A stretch of 64,000 nucleotides of DNA from an uncultured delta proteobacterium. GTDB taxonomy: Bacteria; Desulfobacterota; DSM-4660; Desulfatiglandales; Desulfatiglandaceae. Both the position numbers and the translations under genes were made by a program. Each line of letters begins with the position of its first letter. Within the stretch, counting starts at the first letter, position 1. The notes beneath the pieces are model-generated. The model had not been told where the DNA came from and ran no database searches. It worked only from the letters and a program-made list of their open reading frames with translations. Below, in pieces: positions 37,418 to 44,856 of the stretch. The stretch is taken from contig CAVVFZ010000029.1 in the NCBI GenBank assembly GCA_963747555.1, forward strand, positions 8,876-72,875. Direction: 5' to 3'.

Positions 37418-37834
37418 TTATCCGGCCTTCACCTCGATTTTTCTGGGCGCCACGGCCTCGATTTTGGGAAGATGCAGTCGCAGGACACCGTCCTTCAGCT
37501 CGGCCTCAATTTTGGACTGGTCTATGACATCGGACAGGTTGAACTTACGGTAATATTTACCGGTCTGATATTCCTTAAAAACATCCCTCTCTTCAGACTC
37601 TCCTTCCGCCACAGGTTCGCTTGAAAGCGTTAAAACGCCCTCCTTGAGATCAATGGTCAGGTCCTTTGCATTCACACCCGGGAGATCAGCCAACAAGGTC
37701 AGCGCATCGTCCGTCTCAAAAATATCCACGGACGGCGCAAAAGTGGGTCCCGGTCTAATGCCTTCGGCGGCCGATTTCAACTCTGCCTTTTCCTTGGCCT
37801 GTAATGCCTTGTTTTCCGTATCGGTCATTGTCAT
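37418..37834 (-). CDS. Hsp20/alpha-crystallin small heat-shock protein
   Basis: The alpha-crystallin core ADLPGV..DL.I.. and GVLRLHLPK. Confidence 0.9.
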   Translation of the reverse strand: MTMTDTENKALQAKEKAELKSAAEGIRPGPTFAPSVDIFETDDALTLLADLPGVNAKDLTIDLKEGVLTLSSEPVAEGESEERDVFKEYQTGKYYRKFNLSDVIDQSKIEAELKDGVLRLHLPKIEAVAPRKIEVKAG

Positions 37835-37861
37835 TCCCCCCTTTCCGTATCCGAATTTGCG

Positions 37862-38332
37862 CTATTCGCTTTTCACTGTAATCTGTTTAGGTTTGGCCGC
37901 CTCCGACTTCGGGAGGATTACCTTCAAAATTCCATCCACGGTGCTTGCCCCAACCTTGTTTGTGTTCACCTGAGACGGCAATGCGATAATTCTGCTGAAT
38001 TTTCCGGCCTCTCTTTCCCTTCTGTGATATTTTGCATTCTTGTTCTCTTCCGGAATCTTCCTCTCTCCCGAAATGGACAGGGTGTCTCCGGTAACGGATA
38101 TGTCCAAGGCGTCGGCCTTGATTCCGGGGAGTTCCGCCCGCACATAGTAATTCTCACTGTCTTCCGTCATATTCATCAGGGGAAAGACACCGGCCGAAGC
38201 TTCCGTAAGAAGCCTTCCAGACAGGCCCTCGCTCAAGAGTTCCATCTGTCTTCTCAGCCGCTCCACGTCATCCCATTGCCCTCGCCAATTCCACGTCGGC
38301 CATTCATTTACTCTTCGAAAAATCATATCCAA
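37862..38332 (-). CDS. Hsp20/alpha-crystallin small heat-shock protein
   Basis: AELPGIKADALDISV and DGILKVILPK motifs. Confidence 0.9.
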   Translation of the reverse strand: MDMIFRRVNEWPTWNWRGQWDDVERLRRQMELLSEGLSGRLLTEASAGVFPLMNMTEDSENYYVRAELPGIKADALDISVTGDTLSISGERKIPEENKNAKYHRREREAGKFSRIIALPSQVNTNKVGASTVDGILKVILPKSEAAKPKQITVKSE

Positions 38333-39220
38333 CCCTCCTTTCCTTGATTGCCAAGATTGAACGACAACCGTTTGTGTTGCCCTTCCTCCGCATAAAACAG
38401 CTTTTCACCTTCCTGGGGCCTGGATCATCGGCAATTTCCGGTTTGTTTCCACCGATCCGCTTTCAATAAAGGATTTCTTCGCGAAAAAAGTCTGAGAAAT
38501 GAACAGGGAGGAAAGAACGAAGACGAGATAGTTCCTGAGTGATGCTGCAATTGCATCTTCACTTCGCTGTTTCTTTCCTTTGCGAACAATCCGGAAAAGC
38601 TCCCCGAACAAATCGAATTCAACACAATCCTTCAGAAAGAATGAAAAATGATTACAGAAACAATAACAGACATTTAGGCCCATTTGTCGGCGTTATTCAA
38701 AAAATAAACATCATTGTTTTTGTGTCAAGAAAATTTTTAGGGGAAAGTCAAAGTCAAGATCCCGAATTCAGGGAGGAGAAAAATCAGGAAAATCTTCAGC
38801 AATTCTCATTTTGGCCTTTTGCCTAAAATCGGCCATGGGGGTCTGTCTCAAAACGGCGCCAAAATCCATTGGTCATTCCATGGCACGGCGGTAAAGCTTC
38901 AAAATGTTGGCCAATGATCAGACACCTGTAAAAGGAATCCTGTGCAAAAACCTTCTTACCGCCTGTTGGGTAATGTTAAGATGGAATTATGCCTCTGCAA
39001 AAGGTGTCCGAAGCGGACCATTGGCGCCATTTCGAGACAGACACCCATGGCCTCAGATTACAGAGAATCCAAAATGAGAATTGCTGGAAAATCTTGTGGA
39101 ATGTTGCATGATTTTGACGGTTGTGACATACTGTCTTTATATCGGGAGGGCAAGAAAAAGTGAGCCATTTCCAAAAGAGAGATCTCGATCGGAGATTATC
39201 CATGTATTGAGGTGGGATGA

Positions 39221-39727
39221 ATGACCCAAAAACCAACCTACAAGGAATTGGAGAGACGAATCAGGGTTCTGGAGAGTGAACTACTGAAACGCGACGAGAT
39301 AGATCTTGAAAGAGCCCAACGGGTCGCACATATCGGAAGCTGGACCTACGACCCCGCGACACAACTTCCCACCTGGAGCAAGGAAATGTTTCGGATCTTC
39401 GGAATGGCGCCGGGGACCGAAGCGCCGGCTTATGAAGAGCACCGCAGCTTGATTCATCCCGAAGACTGGGATCGATTTGACGCCGCGGTCAGCAGGGCAA
39501 TCACGGAAGGGGTGGGTTATAACCTGGAAATCAGGATTATTCGTCCCGACGGCGAGGTACGGTATGTCCAAAGTCTCGGCGAGGCAACGGGAAAAGGGCA
39601 CGGTGGAATGTTCCAACTCATAGGAACAACGCAGGATATCCACGAAAGAAAAGTGATGGAGGAGACCCTCAAACAAAATGAGAGAAGGTATGAAAGAGCG
39701 GAGAAAATGGGGAACTTTGGACATTAA
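39221..39727 (+). CDS. Single-PAS-domain protein, probably the 5-prime remnant of a longer sensor
   Basis: The PAS core is IGSWTYDP...WSKEMFRIFG...IHPEDW...EIRIIRPDGEVRYV. It ends 10 residues into what looks like a second linker/PAS start (ERAEKMGNFGH), 16 nt before a MITE. Confidence 0.75.
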   Translation: MTQKPTYKELERRIRVLESELLKRDEIDLERAQRVAHIGSWTYDPATQLPTWSKEMFRIFGMAPGTEAPAYEEHRSLIHPEDWDRFDAAVSRAITEGVGYNLEIRIIRPDGEVRYVQSLGEATGKGHGGMFQLIGTTQDIHERKVMEETLKQNERRYERAEKMGNFGH

Positions 39728-39743
39728 TCCAAACAAAAAATGC

Positions 39744-39839
39744 GTATCCTATTCAAATTTCCTGGTAGCAAAATGATGACCAGGAAAAACCATTCCATCA
39801 CGAGGTCTTTTTTGCTGCCGGGATTCTTGAATAAGATAC
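39744..39839 (+). mobile_element. Internally deleted mini-MITE copy D (96 bp) with perfect 8-bp target-site duplication
   Basis: The left 72 nt are identical in layout to copy C's left end (GTATCCTATTCAAATTTCCTGGTAGCAAAATGATGACCAGGAAAAACCATTCCATCACGAGGTCTTTTTTGCTGCC). They are joined directly to the right terminus GGGATTCTTGAATAAGATAC. AAAAATGC occurs at 39736-39743 and again at 39840-39847. Confidence 0.85.
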
Positions 39840-40006
39840 AAAAATGCACACCAGGGAATCTCTGGAGCATTGGTATATTGGAATTTGAGATTTATTTGGT
39901 TTTTGGGGCTTGAATTTTGGAATTTCAGGACTCTTGATCTGGTCTGAAATGAAGGATGCCCGCAATCTGATGTTCTCTGATCCACTCAAATAGAAAGGCA
40001 ACGATC

Positions 40007-42949
40007 ATGACGACAAAGAAGAAAAAAGCGCCGTCGGCCAACAAAAATTCCATGGAAAAGGGTAAACAAAAGGAAAAACCAAGAAATGCGATTCCGTTCC
40101 CTATCATCGGCATCGGCGCCTCGGCCGGTGGCCTGGAAACCCTCAACGCTTTCTTTTCCATCATGCCCGCCGACAGCGACATGGCCTTTGTGGTCATCCA
40201 GCATCTGAGCCCCCAACACAAGAGCATCATGGCATCGCTGCTGGAAAAACAGACTCCTATGGTTGTCAGTCAAATTGAGGACGGCACAACGGTTGAGCCC
40301 AACCATGTTTACCTGAATCCGCCGGGCAAAAATGTGGCCATTTTCAACCGCCGCCTTCATCTGATGGAACCGGTAAAAAGCACCTCCATCAACCTGCCCA
40401 TTGATTTCTTTTTCAAATCGCTTTCCGAAGACCAGAGTGAAAATGCCATCGGCGTCATTTTATCGGGAACGGCATCGGATGGGACCCTGGGAGTCAGGGA
40501 GATCAATAGCAGGAGCGGTATGGTCATGGTCCAGGAGCCGGATACGGCGAAATACGACGGCATGCCCAGAAGCGCCATCAATACCGGGCTTGTTGATTTC
40601 ATCGTGCCGGTGGAAAAAATGCCGGGAACGCTAATCCAATATGCCCGGCATCCTTTTCTTGAGTCATTAGACAAAGTCAAACTCAAAGAACCTCCGATTC
40701 AAAACCAGATACAGAAAATTTTCGTATTGATTCGCAGCGCAACCGGCCACGATTTTTCCCATTATAAACCGAGTACCATTGCCCGTCGCATTGAACGCAG
40801 ACTGGCGGTTCATCAGATAAAGGCCTTGTCCGATTACATCCTCTATCTGCAGAAAAACCCTGCCGAGATCGACGTGCTGTTTAAGAATCTGCTTATAGGC
40901 GTTACCAGTTTCTTCAGGGACCCGGAAGCCTATGACCTGCTTTTGAAACAGGCGTTGCCCGCGTTGTTGAGCCAAAAAGCGCCGGACACGAAGATCCGTT
41001 TATGGGTTGCAGGCTGCTCCACCGGTGAAGAAGCCTACTCCCTGGGCATGATCCTTTTCGAAGTGATGGATGCCCTCAAAAAAACCTTCGACGTCCAGAT
41101 CTTCGCCACGGATATCGATGCGGCCGCCCTGAATATTGCCCGCAAGGGGGTCTATCCTGAAAATATCAGTGCGGATGTTTCAAAGGAGCGGCTCAAACGG
41201 TTTTTCATCAAAGAACCGGGATCATTCAAGGTCAGCAAACCACTCCGGGACATGGTCGTTTTTTCTGTTCAAAATGTCATCAAAGATCCGCCCTTCTCCC
41301 GGCTGGACCTGGTGAGCTGCCGGAACCTGATGATCTACATGGACAGTGTCCTGCAGAAAAAGATTCTCCCCCTGTTTCACTACACCTTAAACCCCGGAGG
41401 GATTCTGTTCCTTGGCACCTCAGAAAGCATCGGCGAACACACGGATTTCTTCGAGCCTATTAATTTCAAATGGAAGATCTTCGGACGTAAAAAAGGGCTT
41501 TCGGAAATGATCCCTACTTATTCCACCGAAGTCGATTACCCTGCCCGTCAGAGAATCGAATCCGATAAAAAAGGCAATCCTCCCGGGGAAAGTGCGATTC
41601 AGGAAATGGCTGAAAGGGCAATCCTCGATGAATATGCGCCCGCCGGCGCTCTGATCAATGACAAGTATGAAATCCTGCACTTTGTGGGGAAGACGGATAG
41701 ATTCCTGGCGCCGCCCACGGGGAAGCCCAGTTTCAATATTCTGAATATGGTACGCGACGACCTCAAACCGCCACTGACGACAGCGCTTTACAAATCGGTT
41801 CGGGAAAAAACAAACGTGTTCTTAAAGAGCATTCGCGTCAGCTATAATGGCGCGTTCTGCGTGGTGGATTTATCCGTTAAACGGATGGAGCCCGGCTTAC
41901 TGCTCGTCATATTCGAGGATAAAACGCCGGAAAAGGCAGCAGGAGAAAAGGCGCCCGCAGCATTGAGAACAAAAGAGCAGGACGCGGGCATGGAACATCT
42001 TGAGCAGGAACTCCAATCCACCAGGGAATATCTTCAAGCGACCATCGAGGAACTGGAAACCTCCAATGAGGAACTCAAAAGCACCAATGAAGAGCTCCAA
42101 TCGGTCAACGAGGAACTTCAAAGCACCAACGAAGAGTTGGAGACGTCCAAAGAAGAGCTTCAATCCACCAATGAGGAGCTGTCCACGGTGAATGCGGAAC
42201 TTCAAAACAGGGTGGAGGAATTTTCCAAGGCCAATGATGACATGAGCAATCTCCTGGCCTCAACGGAAATCGCCTCCCTGTTTTTGGATACCGACCTTCA
42301 CATCAAACGCTACACCCCTGCCGCGGCAAAGATTATCCATTTGATTCAGACGGATGTGGGCAGGCCGCTCAATGACCTGAAAACCTGCTTTCCGAATGTC
42401 GATTTAGTCGGCCTTGGGGAGAAGGTCCTTAAAGACCTCAATACGGTTGAAATAGAAATCTTATCAAAAGATTTGACCTGGTATGCCTTGAAGATCCTGC
42501 CGTATCGGACCACCCGGAATATCATTGACGGCGTGGTGATGACCTTTGTGGATATACACACCGTCAAACAAGCGGATAAGGTAAGACGCTTGGCCACTGT
42601 ATTGGAAGATGCCAATGATGCCGTAACCGTGATGGATTTGAAGGGGCGGATTCTTGCCTGGAACAAGGGTGCGCAGCAGCTCTACGGGTGGACCGAACCG
42701 GAGGCCCTGCAAATGAATTTTGTGGACTTTCTTCCAAGGGAAAGCCAAAACGATTTTGGAGAAATTGTTGATAAGCTGCGGAAAAGCGGAACCATAAAAT
42801 CGTACCGGGCCCGGCGGATGACAAAAGACGGCAAAATTCTGAACATCTGGCTGACCGCCAGCGCCTTAATGGATGAAAACGGTCAAATGGTTGAAATGGC
42901 GATCACGGAACGTGATCTGGACTGGTTGGCCGGAACACAGGAGGGATAA
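40007..42949 (+). CDS. CheB methylesterase - CheR methyltransferase fusion protein with coiled coil and C-terminal PAS domains
   Basis: CheB-like GASAGGLE...VVIQHLSP, CheR-like RLWVAGCSTGEEAYSLGM, the repeated EEL(Q/K)STNEEL coiled coil, and PAS repeats. Confidence 0.9.
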   Translation: MTTKKKKAPSANKNSMEKGKQKEKPRNAIPFPIIGIGASAGGLETLNAFFSIMPADSDMAFVVIQHLSPQHKSIMASLLEKQTPMVVSQIEDGTTVEPNHVYLNPPGKNVAIFNRRLHLMEPVKSTSINLPIDFFFKSLSEDQSENAIGVILSGTASDGTLGVREINSRSGMVMVQEPDTAKYDGMPRSAINTGLVDFIVPVEKMPGTLIQYARHPFLESLDKVKLKEPPIQNQIQKIFVLIRSATGHDFSHYKPSTIARRIERRLAVHQIKALSDYILYLQKNPAEIDVLFKNLLIGVTSFFRDPEAYDLLLKQALPALLSQKAPDTKIRLWVAGCSTGEEAYSLGMILFEVMDALKKTFDVQIFATDIDAAALNIARKGVYPENISADVSKERLKRFFIKEPGSFKVSKPLRDMVVFSVQNVIKDPPFSRLDLVSCRNLMIYMDSVLQKKILPLFHYTLNPGGILFLGTSESIGEHTDFFEPINFKWKIFGRKKGLSEMIPTYSTEVDYPARQRIESDKKGNPPGESAIQEMAERAILDEYAPAGALINDKYEILHFVGKTDRFLAPPTGKPSFNILNMVRDDLKPPLTTALYKSVREKTNVFLKSIRVSYNGAFCVVDLSVKRMEPGLLLVIFEDKTPEKAAGEKAPAALRTKEQDAGMEHLEQELQSTREYLQATIEELETSNEELKSTNEELQSVNEELQSTNEELETSKEELQSTNEELSTVNAELQNRVEEFSKANDDMSNLLASTEIASLFLDTDLHIKRYTPAAAKIIHLIQTDVGRPLNDLKTCFPNVDLVGLGEKVLKDLNTVEIEILSKDLTWYALKILPYRTTRNIIDGVVMTFVDIHTVKQADKVRRLATVLEDANDAVTVMDLKGRILAWNKGAQQLYGWTEPEALQMNFVDFLPRESQNDFGEIVDKLRKSGTIKSYRARRMTKDGKILNIWLTASALMDENGQMVEMAITERDLDWLAGTQEG

Positions 42950-42951
42950 GG

Positions 42952-44688
42952 GTGGAAAAGCAGGGAAATTTACCTGACGGCGCGGAACTAAGGAGAATTG
43001 CCGAAGCGGCTTTTAAAGCCTCATCCAATGAAGAGGAAGATCTTTCAAGGATTTCCCCCGAAGACAAGGAAAAGCTGATTCATGAGCTTCGCGTACACCA
43101 GATAGAGCTGAAAATGCAAAACGAAGAGCTCCGACGGGTTCAGTGGGAATTAGAAAAGGCCCGGAATCGCTATTCGAGCCTTTATGACTTTGCTCCGGTC
43201 GGCTATTTTACAGTCAGTGAAAAAGGAATCGTTACGGAGGCAAATCTCACGGCCGCCACCTCGCTGGGAATGGAAAGATCTTTCCTTATGGGCAGTCCAT
43301 TCAACCGTTTTATCCTGCAAGAGGACCAGGATATTTTTTATTTATACCGAAAACAGCTGATGGATACGAAAAAGCCTCAGTCCTGCAGACTGCGAATGGT
43401 TAAAAAAGACGAAACCGTTTTTCACGCGAATCTGGAATCCAATATTATTGAAGAAGAGGAAGACTACCCCGGGCAGGTCAGAGTGGTGGTCAGCGACATA
43501 ACCGAACAGAAGGACCTGGAAAGCCAGCTTCGGCAAGCGCTGAAAATGGAAGCCATCGGCACCCTTGCAGGCGGAATTGCACACAATTTCAATAATATAC
43601 TGGCTGTGATGATCGGTTTTACCGAGCTTGCACTCGAGGACGCGGAAAAAGGGACCCCGTTGGCGGATTATTTGAAAGAGGTCCTGATCGGGGGCCAAAG
43701 AGCAAAAATCATGGTCCAGCAGATTTTGACTTTCAGTCGGAAGGCTCCTCGAAAGGTGGCGCCGGTATGGCTGGAGGCATTGATCCAGGATTCCGTCAGG
43801 ATGTTAAGGGCGACGATACCCGCGGACATTGAAATCGGAGTAAAGATGAACTCGGCCGTGGCCCCCTGCGTACTGGGAGACGAAATGCAGATTCATCAAA
43901 TCATTATGAATTTGTGCATCAACGCCGCCCATGCCATGGAAACCAAAGGGGGAAAAATAACGATCGGTGTGGACGCCGTTACATTAGACAACGATCAAGC
44001 ATTCAAACTCTCGAAGCTTCCACCCGGGGAATACGTCAAACTCAGCGTCGGCGACACGGGTTCCGGCATTTCCACTGAAAATATCGATCGAATCTTTGAA
44101 CCCTATTTTACCACCAAGGAGCCGGACAGGGGGACCGGAATGGGCCTTGCGGTTGTTGCGGGGATCGTAAAGGCACACAAAGGGCACATTGTAGTGATGT
44201 CTCAACCGAAAAGGGGAACGACCTTCACCGTATTCTTGCCCATGCATGAAAATGTGGAGTGTACGCCATCTGATGCTCCGCGGGAGACGCTGCCTGGAGG
44301 CACGGAACATATCCTTTTCATTGACGACGAATTGTCCATTGTGAAACTGATCAAAATGATACTCGAGAAACTTGGCTACCAGGTTACCACAAGTACCGGC
44401 AGTCTTGGGGCGCTGGAATCTTTTCGCATGGCGCCACATAGGTTTGATCTGGTAATTTCCGACATGTCCATGCCGAATATGACAGGCGACAGGCTGGCTG
44501 CCGAGCTGATAAAAATCAGGTCCGACATCCCTGTGGTACTTTGCACGGGTTACAGCAAAAAAATATCAGAAAATTTGACCGCGGAAATGGGGATCAAAGC
44601 ATTTGCTTACAAGCCTATTGACAAGGCGGAACTGGCCAAAATGATCAGAAAAGTTCTGGATGAGGCCAAAGGCTCAACGAAGGAATGA
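42952..44688 (+). CDS. Hybrid sensor histidine kinase / response regulator with PAS domain (GTG start)
   Basis: H-box AHNFNNIL, the N and G boxes (GTGMGLA), and a receiver domain (DLVISDMSMPNMTG, VVLCTGYS). Confidence 0.9.
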   Translation: MEKQGNLPDGAELRRIAEAAFKASSNEEEDLSRISPEDKEKLIHELRVHQIELKMQNEELRRVQWELEKARNRYSSLYDFAPVGYFTVSEKGIVTEANLTAATSLGMERSFLMGSPFNRFILQEDQDIFYLYRKQLMDTKKPQSCRLRMVKKDETVFHANLESNIIEEEEDYPGQVRVVVSDITEQKDLESQLRQALKMEAIGTLAGGIAHNFNNILAVMIGFTELALEDAEKGTPLADYLKEVLIGGQRAKIMVQQILTFSRKAPRKVAPVWLEALIQDSVRMLRATIPADIEIGVKMNSAVAPCVLGDEMQIHQIIMNLCINAAHAMETKGGKITIGVDAVTLDNDQAFKLSKLPPGEYVKLSVGDTGSGISTENIDRIFEPYFTTKEPDRGTGMGLAVVAGIVKAHKGHIVVMSQPKRGTTFTVFLPMHENVECTPSDAPRETLPGGTEHILFIDDELSIVKLIKMILEKLGYQVTTSTGSLGALESFRMAPHRFDLVISDMSMPNMTGDRLAAELIKIRSDIPVVLCTGYSKKISENLTAEMGIKAFAYKPIDKAELAKMIRKVLDEAKGSTKE

Positions 44689-44709
44689 TAATCCTATTTT
44701 TATGGGAAA

Positions 44710-44856
44710 ATGAGCTCCCATATGCCGTTCATTCTTTGCACCGGTTATAGCAAAGTATGCCTGAGGAGATGGCCGGAAACCCGGCATATGGAACTACATT
44801 AGAAGCCGATCGAACTGGAGACTCCGGCAAGCCTCTTTCAAAAGAGGAAGACTATC
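44710..44856 (+). pseudogene. Relic of a receiver-domain 3-prime end in the spacer between the two kinase genes
   Basis: Read across three frames, it gives PFILCTGYSK / MPEEMAGNP / (Y)I.KPIELETPASLFQKRKTI. This parallels PIILCTGYSAKISEEKAMKLGIKKYIEKPIQMEIL at the end of the next kinase. The last segment is in frame with the ATG at 44857 but is blocked by a TAG at 44800. Confidence 0.45.

Noticed and set aside
38881-38897. Sigma-54-like TGGCAC (TGGCACGGCGGTAAAGC) upstream of the PAS gene.
   Set aside because: The GC of the -12 element is displaced by 2 nt from the required GG-N10-GC spacing, and there is no TTGC.
42000-42200. Periodic nucleotide repeat that could be mistaken for a tandem repeat or a CRISPR-like array.
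   Set aside because: It encodes the heptad coiled coil EEL(Q/K/E)(S/T)(T/S)NEEL of the CheB/CheR fusion protein, in frame and uninterrupted. There are no spacer-like unique segments.
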